From contig CAWGYD010000008.1 in NCBI GenBank assembly GCA_963826785.1, positions 416,001 to 480,000 on the forward strand: a DNA stretch of 64,000 bases, read 5' to 3'. The translations under genes and the position numbers were made by a program. Below, piece by piece: positions 33,247 to 43,940 of the stretch (positions are counted from its first letter, which is position 1; every line of letters starts with the position of its first letter). The notes beneath the pieces were generated by a model. The model was given only the letters and a program-made list of their open reading frames with translations. It did no database searches and was not told the DNA's origin. Origin of the DNA: an uncultured delta proteobacterium. Lineage in GTDB: Bacteria > Desulfobacterota > Desulfobacteria > Desulfobacterales > Desulfosalsimonadaceae.

Positions 33247-34107
33247 CTACAATTCCTTCATGAGGGTTTGTGCACGCTCAGTCCAGTAGGGGTCTTTGCT
33301 GATCTCGAGCGCCTGGGTAAGCAGCTGCCGGGCTTCCGCCTTGGGCTTTTTACCCCGTTCGTCCACCAGAATTTCGGCCATGTACACGTGCGCTTCCACC
33401 CGGTCCGGATTATCGAAGTACGGCGTGTTCTGGAATTCGCGATAATACTTCATGGCCTTGTCCTCATCGGTGTACGGCCACGGCACCACCTGCCAGAACC
33501 GGCCCAGGGCGACCATCGGTCCGCCGTCATCATAGGACTTGTCGATCTGGAAGGCGGTTTCCAGGTTTTTCTGGACCTTGTTCTTCAACCCCTCCCGCAG
33601 GGCGGTGAACAGGCCCACGCCGTCGGAGTAAGTCCCCGTGCACAATCCGTAATAATAGTACCCCTGTACCTTATCCGGCTCCAGGTCGATGGCCCGTTCG
33701 GCATAGTGCATCCCCTTCTTGCCGTATTCCGCACAGACATCCTCCCAATTGGCGATTTTCTGTTCCCGGGCTTGCTCGCCGTAAAGACGGCAGGCTTCAG
33801 CCGTTTTCCAATTGGCCGCGAAATTATCCGGCTGCTTCGTAACGGCCTGGTCCAGAATTTCCAGCGCGGATTTATAGGTGCCGATTTGTTCGGCGCCCGT
33901 TTGACGTTCACCCTTATCAATCAGATCATCCGCCTGTTTCAATAGCTGGTCGACGTCCCCCTGGCCGGACACCGCCTGGTTGCCCTGCTGCGTCTCCATC
34001 CCTTCTTCACCACCGTCTCCGGATTGTGCCCGGGCAGACGCACCCGGCTGCACCAGCACCAGAATGGAAAACAGGCTTACCCACAAGATCCGCATCACCA
34101 TGTTCAT
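33247..34107 (-). CDS. Exported TPR protein (TRAP TatT-like)
   Basis: Signal peptide; AIDLEP, IDKSYDDGGPMVALGR..VPWP. Confidence 0.65.
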   Translation of the reverse strand: MNMVMRILWVSLFSILVLVQPGASARAQSGDGGEEGMETQQGNQAVSGQGDVDQLLKQADDLIDKGERQTGAEQIGTYKSALEILDQAVTKQPDNFAANWKTAEACRLYGEQAREQKIANWEDVCAEYGKKGMHYAERAIDLEPDKVQGYYYYGLCTGTYSDGVGLFTALREGLKNKVQKNLETAFQIDKSYDDGGPMVALGRFWQVVPWPYTDEDKAMKYYREFQNTPYFDNPDRVEAHVYMAEILVDERGKKPKAEARQLLTQALEISKDPYWTERAQTLMKEL

Positions 34108-34227
34108 GGTCGACCTCCTTTTTAAATTTTTAATGACAAAATGAAACGGGTTGTCTTCAGCTGCTTGAAAATTGAGAAGATTCGCTTGATAATAATTAGT
34201 AACCACCCACTTGATGATGATCAAATG

Positions 34228-34262
34228 CAAGCGGCCCGGGCGAATTTCACCCGGGCCGCTTG
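34228..34262. terminator. Stem-loop terminator
   Basis: CAAGCGGCCCGGG...CCCGGGCCGCTTG with a T tract on the right. Confidence 0.7.
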
Positions 34263-34305
34263 TCTGTTTTTTTTTGTAAAACCAATGGGAGTGGGAATAC
34301 TTGCT

Positions 34306-35178
34306 TTACCGAAAGGAAAGGCCGGCTCGAATAAACCAGGTGTCCTCCAGGTCTGCATCAACCGCGTCATAAAGATCCAATTTGATATGGCGCCCGATTT
34401 CAGCGCCCCCGGAAAGGCCGATCCATAAATGTTGTCCCAGCCGGAATTCAAGACCGGCGCCGGTTTGCCAGCTTTCAAATTCAAAATCGGCGTCCTGGCC
34501 GTCAAACAGTTCAACATTCCATTCATTTCCGCCCGGTTCGACAAAAAGATACAACAGAAGATCCGGAGTCCATCTCCAGGTGGCCGAGGGGTTGGGAAAC
34601 ATTAAATTAACGTGCAGTTTGTCCGAGGCCGTCCATTTCAGGCCGCCCACCGGGTAAACCTGATCTTCCCCGAATGCTTGTCCGTAGGCCGCACCGATGA
34701 CCAGAAATTGTTTCGGACCGAGTTCGTAATTATAATAGATGCCGCCGGGTACATTGAAATCATCGCCGGAGACGTCATTGAAATCGGAAAAAATTCCCGG
34801 CGCAAGCGTCAACTGAAAAACCGACCGGCCATTTGCCTGCCACATCATTGTCAGCGGGATCTGCAGGGAATAGACATCGATTGAAGCGTAATAAGGGCCA
34901 TTGAAATCAAAATACCTTGAATTAGACCGCATGCCGGCAAAGAATCGATAAGCGCCCTTCGCCCCGGTATAAAATGGGAACCAGAAATCAAATTCCAGCA
35001 GATCGACCTGGGTCCCGTCGCTGTGTTCAAGTTCGGCATCCCCCCGGAAGGTATAGGCGATCCCCGCCTGAACCAGGGGTTCGTGGGGGCTGGGCGGGAG
35101 CGCAAACAGAATTTGCGGAAAGAACAGAACCAGCAGGCCGGTGACAAACCCCCATCTGAAATATGGATGCCCCTTCAT
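34306..35178 (-). CDS. Outer-membrane beta-barrel protein
   Basis: Signal peptide, alternating aromatic beta strands, C-terminal FIRAGLSFR. Confidence 0.7.
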   Translation of the reverse strand: MKGHPYFRWGFVTGLLVLFFPQILFALPPSPHEPLVQAGIAYTFRGDAELEHSDGTQVDLLEFDFWFPFYTGAKGAYRFFAGMRSNSRYFDFNGPYYASIDVYSLQIPLTMMWQANGRSVFQLTLAPGIFSDFNDVSGDDFNVPGGIYYNYELGPKQFLVIGAAYGQAFGEDQVYPVGGLKWTASDKLHVNLMFPNPSATWRWTPDLLLYLFVEPGGNEWNVELFDGQDADFEFESWQTGAGLEFRLGQHLWIGLSGGAEIGRHIKLDLYDAVDADLEDTWFIRAGLSFR

Positions 35179-35280
35179 AATCTTCTCCCTGAGTTTGATG
35201 AAGCCGTAAAAAGCATTGTACCCCGCCGTGCGGTATTTTTGCAGTCAGGAACTTGCGAATCCTAACGGCCTTCGGCCAGT

Positions 35281-35388
35281 ACACCCCCCCTTTATTATCC
35301 TCTCGAGGGGGGACTCCTTTTTTCATTCCCCCTGCGAGGGGGACTCCTTTTTTTATTCCCCCCTGCGAGGGGGGATCAAGGGGGGTGT
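35281..35388. repeat. Tandem REP-like hairpin array (3 units of ~30 bp)
   Basis: Units of the form TTTATTCCCCCTGCGAGGGGGACTCC, enclosed by ACACCCCC...GGGGGTGT. Confidence 0.75.
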
Positions 35389-35422
35389 CGGACGGGCGGA
35401 GGGGGTTAGCCATGGAAATCCC

Positions 35423-36268
35423 CTATTTTGTCTGCACCGGAGTTTCAGGCTGGCGCGCTGACCAGCCCGCCTCTATGCGGTCGAAACCGTCTGTCTTGAT
35501 CCGTTTAAAGGCCTTTCCGCTCCACTCCCATGAGTGGACATCCACGTGATCGGGTTCAATGGCGATGAAATTAAATCCGTTGGGCACCCCGCTTCTCAGC
35601 CGGCTGCTGGTGGCGGTCGACGCCTGGACACACAGCATGCTGCGCTTGATTAAGGTATGGAAGGCAGAAATATCACCGCTGTAGCTCAGATGAAGATGCC
35701 CGCCCAGGAGCAGGTCGATTTCCAGTTCCGCAAAAACCGAAAGCGCGCGCCGGGCATGCCGGACCAGATAGGTCCGGGGTCTTTGGGGCGGCGGCAGAAA
35801 GGGATGATGGGTAAACACGATCTTGACCCGCCCCGCGCCGACCCGATTAAAAAAATCTTTCACCATCTCCAGTTGATCGATTGAGAAATCGCCCTCCTTC
35901 CAGGTCCAGTGCGGCACCCAGGATCGGGCCGTGTTGACGCCCATGATGGCGATCTCATGGTCATGATACCGGGGATTGAGCGATTCACTGATAAATTTCC
36001 GGAACCGGCGATACGGGTCCGTGAAGCGTTCCAGCAAATTGACATAGGGCAGATCATGATTTCCCGGAATCACCATGTGGGGTACGGGCAGACGGTCGAT
36101 GAACGCACGGGCTTGCCGCCATTCCCGCGGGCGGGAGCGCATGGTGAGATCGCCGCTGATGATGCACAGATCCGGACGGGCAATCCCGATTTGAGTTTCG
36201 AGCTGTTCCACGATATCTGGCGTAATCCTGCCGAAATGCAGGTCCGTGATGTGGATCAGGGTCTTCAT
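35423..36268 (-). CDS. Metallophosphoesterase (CpdA-like)
   Basis: TDLHFG, SGDLT, PGNHD, THHP, GGHLH. Confidence 0.9.
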   Translation of the reverse strand: MKTLIHITDLHFGRITPDIVEQLETQIGIARPDLCIISGDLTMRSRPREWRQARAFIDRLPVPHMVIPGNHDLPYVNLLERFTDPYRRFRKFISESLNPRYHDHEIAIMGVNTARSWVPHWTWKEGDFSIDQLEMVKDFFNRVGAGRVKIVFTHHPFLPPPQRPRTYLVRHARRALSVFAELEIDLLLGGHLHLSYSGDISAFHTLIKRSMLCVQASTATSSRLRSGVPNGFNFIAIEPDHVDVHSWEWSGKAFKRIKTDGFDRIEAGWSARQPETPVQTK

Positions 36269-37228
36269 GGTTCATCCCCAAGTTGGGTATCTTCATTCTC
36301 CTGCCATAACAGCCGATCGGCCGTGTTCGCCGGCATCAGGACCTTCAAGGCGCGAGGATGGATCCGGAAGTTCAGTGGCGGGGCAAAATCGAGCAGTTCC
36401 CCATCCGTTGCCGTGGTGATCGTCTTTCTGCGGCGAGGAGAGGGACACCTGATCCGTCGAATAAGCCGCCAGGTCGCTTTCGCTCTCCCAGGTGCCCAGA
36501 AAAAGCCGCAAGGCCAGGCGAAGCGTTTCCATGCGCGTGGACTCCCGGGCCACATAAACAGACAGCTTGGCGGCATCCAGCGTCACGGGATGGGGAAACA
36601 ATGCATATGCATTGTGGTATTCGTTATTGCATACCGCCACACCTAAAACGTTCATGGATTTTGCGCTGCCATTCATCTGCAGGTGGACCTGAATGCGGGG
36701 GTTTTGCTTCAGCAGGGTAAAAGCGGTCTGGAACAGCTTTTTGAACCGGCTGGCCAATGACTTTCCCCGGACGTGTTCACGCTGCCGCATCAAAGGCGGC
36801 AGAATTCCCATGATGCAGTTGCACAGGTAGGGACGGCCCTCCACCTCAGCGTAATCCACCCGGCGGATCACCCCTTTTGCCAGAACGTGGGCCGCCTGAG
36901 CAGGATCGAGCGGGATCCCGAGATCCTGGGCATACAGGTTCAGCGTGCCCATGGGAAGAATGCCCAGCACCTTTCCGGCCCGGGACAGCGCCACTGCCGC
37001 CGCATTGATGGTGCCGTCTCCGCCGCCCACAACGATGATTTCATCTTTACCGTTTACCGCCGCATCGATGGCCGCACCGATATCCCTGCCGGTGCGGACC
37101 TGCAGGTCGGCATCGATGCCCTCTTCGGCAAAGGCTTTGGAAATGGCTTCTAAAAGCAGACCGCCCTTGCGTCCGACCAGCGCGCCGGACCTGCCGTTGA
37201 TGATGACCTTGAGGGTTGTAATATGCAT
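36265..37228 (-). CDS. Diacylglycerol kinase family lipid kinase; +1 frameshift near 36432
   Basis: NGRSG, GGGDGTI, PMGTLNLYA; the C-terminal ATDGEL...IHPRALKVLMP is in the next frame. Confidence 0.85.
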
Positions 37229-37688
37229 GTCACAATTTAAAGCAGATGGGCCAAAGCGGTCTTTTGGGACCGCAGCAGCAAAATTCAGTATTATTCAGTG
37301 ATGATCCAAAAATGAACAGCATGCCGATGCCTGTCAATTTTACGTGACCTTCAAAGATTATACAAGCCGCTTAAATTAGAAGTCGTTTTTTCTCCGATGG
37401 ACGCTGTGCGTTTCGCATTCACATGGTCTTGCCGGATGCGCTTGAGCGCGCTGCCGCCCGGTTGTATTTAAAGCGATCCCGATTCAAAACACAAACCATC
37501 AAAGTCCTTTTCTACTTTCTGCAATATAGGGTCTATACCTTATTTACATACGACCGCATGGTTATGTAAAGTTTTAATGATCTCAGATAAATAGTGCATG
37601 AACGAATCACGCCCCGGCGATGATCCGCATCTTCGTTCAAGCGCTGACTATAAGAATTTCACCACCTTTTTGCACGGGTAAAAAAAAG

Positions 37689-39188
37689 ATGACGCACACT
37701 GGAGCAGAGAAGGCGCCAAAACCGCGGTTGATGGTGGTATCCAACCGCCTGCCCATCATCCTGGATCAGAACGAACAGGGCGAGTGGCAGGCCCGGCCGG
37801 GTTCGGGGGGATTGGTGACGGCGCTGGCCCCCGTTCTCAAAAATCGGGGCGGATTATGGATCGGCTGGCCGGGCGTTACGCAATTTCCGGAAAATGAACT
37901 GGAAAAGGCCATGGCCGAAGCGGCCATTGCATCCGGATTCAATCTCAAGCCGGTGGAACTGACTGAACTGGAAAGAGAAAAATACTACCGGGGAGCTGCC
38001 AATGAGATGATCTGGCCGCTGTTTCATGACATGCCCGGCCGGTGTAATTTCGATCCTTCGTACTGGCCTTTCTATGAGCAGGTCAATCGCAAATTCGCCG
38101 AAAAAATTGTCGAAAACATCGAAAAGGGTGATTTTATATGGGTGCATGATTATCACCTCATGGACGTGGGAAATGAATTGAGAAGTCTGGGGGTAAAGGA
38201 TAAAACCGCTTTTTTCCTGCATATCCCATTCCCACCCCCCGATATTTTCATGCGGCTGCCCTGGCGGTTCGATCTGCTGCGCGCCCTTCTGGCCTACGAC
38301 CTGATCGGCCTTCAGACCCTGCGCGATCAGCGCAACTTCATCCAGTGCGTCCGAAAAAACATCAAAACCGTTTCAGTTCATGGCCGGGGCCATGTGCTGA
38401 CGCTCGATTTCGGTGAGCGCCAGGTCCGGGTGGGGGCATTTCCCATCAGCATCGACTACCATGATTTCGCTTCGACCGCCGACAGCAAGGAGGTGGCGAA
38501 CAAGGCGTGGTACATACACGAGCAGATGCCGGGGGTGAACATCATCCTGGGCATCGACCGGCTCGATTACTCAAAGGGGATCCTGGAGCGGATAAAGGCA
38601 TTCCAGTATGCGCTTTCCCGCTATCCCGAACTGCTGGAAAAGGTCATCCTGGTCCAGGTGGTGGTCCCCAGCCGGCGCAACATTCCCGAATACGAAGATC
38701 TTAAAATCGAAATCGAGCGGCTGGTGGGCGAAGTCAACGGAGAATTCACCCGGTTTGACTGGGTGCCTATCCATTATATTTTCCGCAGCCTCACCCGGAC
38801 CGAACTGCTGGCCTACTACCGGACCTCGGAAATCGCCCTGATTACGCCCTTAAAGGATGGCATGAACCTGATCGCAAAAGAGTTCTGCGCCTCCAGCATC
38901 GAGGAGAACTGTGTTTTAATCCTGAGCGAATTTGCCGGCGCGGCCGCCCAACTCCAGAAGAACGCCCTGATGGTCAACCCCCACGATCAGCAGGGGGTGG
39001 CCGAGGCCATCTACCGGGCCTTTAAAATGGCTCCGGAAGAACGCAGGGAGCGGATGCGGCAGTTGCGCAAAAATATCGAGAAGACCGATATTTACTGGTG
39101 GGTCAATTCCTTCCTGCAGGCCTCCATTGCCAAAACCCTGAACAATTTCTCCCGTCCGGAAGATTACCGGCCCCAGTTCGAATTGTAG
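37689..39188 (+). CDS. otsA: Trehalose-6-phosphate synthase (GT20)
   Basis: [51 protein letters not shown]. Confidence 0.92.
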   Translation: MTHTGAEKAPKPRLMVVSNRLPIILDQNEQGEWQARPGSGGLVTALAPVLKNRGGLWIGWPGVTQFPENELEKAMAEAAIASGFNLKPVELTELEREKYYRGAANEMIWPLFHDMPGRCNFDPSYWPFYEQVNRKFAEKIVENIEKGDFIWVHDYHLMDVGNELRSLGVKDKTAFFLHIPFPPPDIFMRLPWRFDLLRALLAYDLIGLQTLRDQRNFIQCVRKNIKTVSVHGRGHVLTLDFGERQVRVGAFPISIDYHDFASTADSKEVANKAWYIHEQMPGVNIILGIDRLDYSKGILERIKAFQYALSRYPELLEKVILVQVVVPSRRNIPEYEDLKIEIERLVGEVNGEFTRFDWVPIHYIFRSLTRTELLAYYRTSEIALITPLKDGMNLIAKEFCASSIEENCVLILSEFAGAAAQLQKNALMVNPHDQQGVAEAIYRAFKMAPEERRERMRQLRKNIEKTDIYWWVNSFLQASIAKTLNNFSRPEDYRPQFEL

Positions 39189-39371
39189 ACAACCCCGGCA
39201 CGCCAGTATCGTCTCCCTATTCAAGAATATTGCGAAAATTCGAAGGATAATCTAACATTAAAGTCACGCGTTCAGACGACCGGTTCACCGGAAGCGGGCA
39301 GTTGCAATTTAATTGAATCTGCCTATTGTTTTTTACGACACGAACTATACGATTAGACAAAGGAATCGGAC

Positions 39372-40301
39372 ATGGAGAAAGCCGTCCTGAACCGGGCCCT
39401 GCCCCGCCGGCTGAAGCTGTTTCTGGCCCTGTCCCGCACCCCTCACGGGATTCTGGATATGGCCACGCCCGCCTTTGCCGTACTGCTCTATCTGGGCGCC
39501 TTTCCGCAGCCCCAAGTGATAATGATCGGCCTGATGACCGCATTTGCCGGGTACACCGCGGTGTATGCCTTAAACGATGTGGTGGATTACCGCTCCGACC
39601 GGGAGAAGTCGGGCCATGAAATGGCGATTCCGGAAAATTACCTGGATGCCGTCGGCGTGCGGCATCCCATGGCACAGGGCCTGCTGAGTATCCGCGACGG
39701 CATCATCTGGGCGGCCGGCTGGTCCGTTGTGGCGCTGATCGGGGCCTGGCTGCTCAATCCCATGTGCGTGGCGGTATTTTTGACCGGTGCAGCGCTGGAG
39801 GTGATTTACTGCGTTTTGTGGCGGGTCAGTCCCTGGCGGGCGGTGGTGAGCGGAATGGTCAAAAACAGCGGGGCGATTGCCGCCCTTTTTGCCGTGGACC
39901 CCACGCCCTCGGTTTCCTTTACGCTGGCTTTATTCCTGTGCCTGTTCTTCTGGGAGATCGGGGGACAGAATATCCCGGCGGACTGGACGGACCTGAAAAT
40001 GGATCGCTTCTATAAAGCCCAGACGATCCCGGTGCGGCTGGGCGCCCGGACATCTGCCCGGCTTGCCCTTGCCTCTCTCAGCCTTGCGGTGATTTTCGCC
40101 ATTGTCCTGTTCGCCCGGGCCTTTCCGAATGTGCGTTGGACTGTTTCCGCCGCAGTGTTTCTGATGGGCACGGCCCTTTTGATCGCACCCGCTTTCCGGC
40201 TGGTCCGGGCCGGGTCACGGGATGCGGCCATGGCCCTGTTCAATAAAGCCAGTTACTTCCCCCCCGCCCTGCTGGCAATTTCCATGATTGCGATTTTGTA
40301 A
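39372..40301 (+). CDS. UbiA family prenyltransferase
   Basis: ALSR.PH, YALNDVVDYRSD, DWTDLKMD..TIPVRLG; about 8 TM helices. Confidence 0.88.
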   Translation: MEKAVLNRALPRRLKLFLALSRTPHGILDMATPAFAVLLYLGAFPQPQVIMIGLMTAFAGYTAVYALNDVVDYRSDREKSGHEMAIPENYLDAVGVRHPMAQGLLSIRDGIIWAAGWSVVALIGAWLLNPMCVAVFLTGAALEVIYCVLWRVSPWRAVVSGMVKNSGAIAALFAVDPTPSVSFTLALFLCLFFWEIGGQNIPADWTDLKMDRFYKAQTIPVRLGARTSARLALASLSLAVIFAIVLFARAFPNVRWTVSAAVFLMGTALLIAPAFRLVRAGSRDAAMALFNKASYFPPALLAISMIAIL

Positions 40302-40352
40302 GTATTTCTCGCCAGACTTTGCGGTCCTGGAAAAAATAATCAATCAAAAGAA

Positions 40353-41165
40353 TTACTTGGTGGCCACATGCACCGCGGCGATGCCGTTCATCAGGCGTTT
40401 GTAATGGACATTTCTGAACCCGATGGTTTCGAGCATCTCTTTTAACTCGTCGGGAAGCGCAAACATGCGGATGGTTTCGGAAAGGCAGGCATACGATCGG
40501 CTGGATCCGGTGAGGATTCCGCCGACAAAGGGCATGATGGTAAACGAGTAGAAATCGTACAGGGTCCGGAATACCGGGTTGACCGGTTTTGAAAATTCCA
40601 GGCACATGAAGGTGCCGCCGGGCTTGAGCACTCTGAACATTTCCGAAAACCCCTTCTGCAGGTGGGTGAGATTGCGGATGCCGAATCCCACCGTGGCCGC
40701 ATCAAAATGGTTTTCCGGAAATGTGATGTTCTCCGCATCCCCCTCCACATAACTGATCCGGTCTTCAAATTTTCTGTTCTCCGGCCGGGTCTCCCCGGCG
40801 TGCATCATGGCCCGGTTGATGTCATAGACGCAAACCCATCCTTTAGGCCCCACTTTTCGGGCGGACAGCACCGCAAGATCGCCGGTCCCGCCGCACACGT
40901 CGATCACCCTGTCCCCGGGTGAAAGCGCCATCATCCGGATGGCCTCCCGCTTCCAGGCATAATGGATGCCGAAGCTCAGCACCGTATTTAAAAAATCGTA
41001 TTTCGGCGCCACCTTGTTGAAATGGTCCAGGACCGCGCGTCTCTTTTCTTCGGTCCGAAATTCCTTCAGGCCGAACCATGCTTTTCCGGCCTGGTCCACA
41101 TAGTGGTCAAACATCTTTTCCCGCTGGTCTTCTTTCAGCCAGCCCGGATTTTTCCATAATTCCAT
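40353..41165 (-). CDS. ubiE: UbiE/MenG quinone C-methyltransferase
   Basis: FNKVAPKYDFLNTVLSFGIH, DVCGGTGD, GFGIRN, LKPGG..CLEFS. Confidence 0.9.
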   Translation of the reverse strand: MELWKNPGWLKEDQREKMFDHYVDQAGKAWFGLKEFRTEEKRRAVLDHFNKVAPKYDFLNTVLSFGIHYAWKREAIRMMALSPGDRVIDVCGGTGDLAVLSARKVGPKGWVCVYDINRAMMHAGETRPENRKFEDRISYVEGDAENITFPENHFDAATVGFGIRNLTHLQKGFSEMFRVLKPGGTFMCLEFSKPVNPVFRTLYDFYSFTIMPFVGGILTGSSRSYACLSETIRMFALPDELKEMLETIGFRNVHYKRLMNGIAAVHVATK

Positions 41166-41181
41166 TTTTCAGCTTTTTTCC

Positions 41182-41892
41182 CTATGTTGGTTTACTCAAA
41201 TGCATCAGGTAATTGACTTTTTGAATCCGCGTGAACCCGGTGCGGCGGATAAACGGCAAATAGTAAAACCCCCTGACATCCCTTACCGCCAAGCCGGCGG
41301 CTTTTGCCATTTCCGCCACCTTTGCCGGTCGGATGAATTTGGAATACGCGTGCGTTCCTTTTTCCACGATGCCCAGGACCCGCTCTGCCATCACGATCGC
41401 CAGCAGCCAGGCGGCAAAGGTCCGGTTGAGGGTGGCGATGAAGACCTGCCCGCCGGGCCTGACCAGAAGCGCGCAGGCATGAAGAATCGATGCCGGGTCC
41501 GGAATATGCTCCAGCAGTTCCATGCAGGTAACGGCGTCAAAGGACTCCGGTGATTTCTCGGCCAGATCTTCTGCGGAAATCCGGCGATAATCAACCGCCA
41601 CGCCGCTGATCCCCATATGCGTCCGGGCGGCCGACAAAGCCGATTCCGCAAGATCGATCCCGGTCACCTCCGCCCCGGCAGCGGCCATGGCTTCGGCCAG
41701 GATGCCGCCGCCGCAGCCCACATCCAGGATCTGTTTGTTCCGGATATCAAGCCGGTTCTGGATATAGGCCAGCCGCAGCGGATTGATGTCGTGCAGGGCC
41801 GCAAGCGGACCCTTTCGGTCCCACCAGAGAGAAGCCTGGCTTTCAAACCGGGCCACCTCATCGGGATCCATATTGTATTGAGCCGAAGGCAT
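41182..41892 (-). CDS. ubiG: UbiG-like O-methyltransferase
   Basis: EVARF...WWD.KGP.AALHDINPLRL, LDVGCGGGIL, CMELLEH, GTH.Y.KFIRP. Confidence 0.9.
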   Translation of the reverse strand: MPSAQYNMDPDEVARFESQASLWWDRKGPLAALHDINPLRLAYIQNRLDIRNKQILDVGCGGGILAEAMAAAGAEVTGIDLAESALSAARTHMGISGVAVDYRRISAEDLAEKSPESFDAVTCMELLEHIPDPASILHACALLVRPGGQVFIATLNRTFAAWLLAIVMAERVLGIVEKGTHAYSKFIRPAKVAEMAKAAGLAVRDVRGFYYLPFIRRTGFTRIQKVNYLMHLSKPT

Positions 41893-42738
41893 CTATGCCA
41901 CCGGCAACCCGGTTTCTTTAAACACCGGGGAAAGAAATTCCACGGATTTTTTTCCGGCAATCTCGGGGCCGTGCGCATAGGTATAAAGCTCAAGCGACAT
42001 ATCCCCGTCATAGCCCAGACGCTTCATGGCGGAAAAAACCGCCCCAAAATCGATGGCCCCATCTCCCGGCACCAGGTGATGGTGGATGCGGCTTTGGCCG
42101 ATATCTTCCACATGGACGTGGCCCACCCACTCGAAGAGGTCTTCGAATGCCGCTTCGGGGCGCTCCCCGGCGCAGAAAAAATGGCCGATATCGAAGTTGA
42201 TCCCCACTGCGGGGGACCGCACATCTTTGATGAACGAGATAAATTCGGCACTCCTCTCGATGAGCAGGTCCGGTTCCGGTTCCACCAGCAGTTTCACCTT
42301 CAGCTCTTCCGCCAGGGGGATCACTTCTTCGAGTCCCTTGTGGAAAAGCGCCATGGCTTCATCCCTGGACTGCCCGTCCAGGGGACCGCCCGGCGGCACG
42401 GAGATATTTTTGCACCCCAGGGTACGGGCGATCTGAAGACATTGCCTGGTATGAGAGACCCGTATTTGCCGGCGCTGCGGATCGGATTCGATCCATGACG
42501 GCAGGTAGGTGTTCCCCACGGCAAACAAGGTGAATGAATTTAAATTGGTGACGCATAGATCCAGTTTCTTCAGCAGGTCTCTGAGCCGCTCCAGTTGGGC
42601 GGCATCGTATTCCGGTGGGTAGAGATGGGGCTGATCGCACATGATCTCCACCCCGGAAAAACCAAGATCGGCAATTTTCTCCAATGCTTCGACAAGACCA
42701 CATTGGGTAAAGGCATTGGTGCTGTAACCCAGTTTCAC
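41893..42738 (-). CDS. Sugar phosphate isomerase/epimerase (xylose isomerase-like TIM barrel)
   Basis: GYSTNAF, EPEP, NFDIGH, HVHVED, HHHLVPGDG.IDF, SLELY. Confidence 0.88.
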   Translation of the reverse strand: MKLGYSTNAFTQCGLVEALEKIADLGFSGVEIMCDQPHLYPPEYDAAQLERLRDLLKKLDLCVTNLNSFTLFAVGNTYLPSWIESDPQRRQIRVSHTRQCLQIARTLGCKNISVPPGGPLDGQSRDEAMALFHKGLEEVIPLAEELKVKLLVEPEPDLLIERSAEFISFIKDVRSPAVGINFDIGHFFCAGERPEAAFEDLFEWVGHVHVEDIGQSRIHHHLVPGDGAIDFGAVFSAMKRLGYDGDMSLELYTYAHGPEIAGKKSVEFLSPVFKETGLPVA

Positions 42739-42773
42739 GGTTTTTCGATTTCCTTTCCTTTAATAGTGCTGCT

Positions 42774-43940
42774 CTAATTATGCATGACAGTCGTACGGCG
42801 GCAGACATCGGCAAGTTGCTCCAGGCTTTTCAACTGGTCCTGAAAGGTCCTGGGCGGATCCTCACCGATGGATTTCTTGAAAAAAAAGGCGAGTTCGCCG
42901 ATGGGTCCGGATCGTCCGGACAGGGAGAGGGCCGCCATCCATCGCGCCAGGTCCAGCACCATGGGAGCGGCCAGGATGGAGTCCCGGCCCTGCAGGTTGA
43001 GCCGAATGCTCATGGGCATGGAGAAAATGCTTTCAAAGTCGATCACGTCCCAGGCTTCCTTGGCATCTCCCCGGGGCGGATAGTAATCGATGTGGACCTT
43101 GTGCGACGGCTTGCCGAACTTTTTTTCGCCCGGCCGATAGCCCAGCACATGATCGAGCACATCGGTCTTGTTGGTCAGCTTGCAGGCCGCATGCGCCGGA
43201 TCCATCAGATTTTCGCCGTCGGCATTTCCCAGGATGTTCAAGCTGTACCAGCCGTTTACATAGAGCTTGCGGGCCGCAAACGCGGAGGCCATCACGACCT
43301 TCCAGTAGGTCTGGCCGGTTTTGCCGTCCCGCCCCGCCATGGGCACCCCTTGGCGCACGGCCTCGTTGATCACCGCGGGCACCTCGATTTCATTAGGGGT
43401 AAAATTGATCACCGGGATTTTTGACTCGATGGCGGCAAGCGCATAGACCAGATCCGGAAAATCGATCCCCTCGCTCATCCCGCAGAGCGCTTCAACTGAA
43501 GTATAGCCGTTTAAATTATGCATCTGGCAGGCGGGAAGCAGATTGACCAGCACCGGGACCATGTCGGGATACATTTTTTTGAAATCAGCCATATCTTCGA
43601 CGACTTGCCTGATCTGTGCCTTCAGCCCGGCCCGGGGGTCGGGTGCCGGCCTGACCGGATATGTTGCGAATGCTTCGGCATAGGGGGCAAAGGTGCTTTC
43701 TTCGAGCACCCCGTGGCCGATGAGCGCATCCGTCATGGAACCGGTGCGTATGTCCCAGCCGGCCGCTTGAAAACGACGGTTGACGGGCAGATCCATGTCC
43801 GCTGTCATCAAATACGGCCACACCTGCTCGGGCCGCTCTCTTGCGGCCTCGATTGCCGCCGCCGCCGTGGTGGCGATCGCCCCCTTCATGCCTGAAACCA
43901 GTATCAGCACGCCTTTTTCTGAATTGCCGCTGTCTGCCAT
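42774..43940 (-). CDS. ino1: myo-inositol-1-phosphate synthase
   Basis: GAIATT, NFTPN, GRDGKTGQT, NILGNADG, YYPPRGDAKEAWD, RDSILAAPMVLDL, FFFK. Confidence 0.9.
   Translation of the reverse strand: MADSGNSEKGVLILVSGMKGAIATTAAAAIEAARERPEQVWPYLMTADMDLPVNRRFQAAGWDIRTGSMTDALIGHGVLEESTFAPYAEAFATYPVRPAPDPRAGLKAQIRQVVEDMADFKKMYPDMVPVLVNLLPACQMHNLNGYTSVEALCGMSEGIDFPDLVYALAAIESKIPVINFTPNEIEVPAVINEAVRQGVPMAGRDGKTGQTYWKVVMASAFAARKLYVNGWYSLNILGNADGENLMDPAHAACKLTNKTDVLDHVLGYRPGEKKFGKPSHKVHIDYYPPRGDAKEAWDVIDFESIFSMPMSIRLNLQGRDSILAAPMVLDLARWMAALSLSGRSGPIGELAFFFKKSIGEDPPRTFQDQLKSLEQLADVCRRTTVMHN

Noticed and set aside
35281..35388. Possible mini CRISPR array
   Set aside because: Units are adjacent with no unique spacers, and no cas genes are present.
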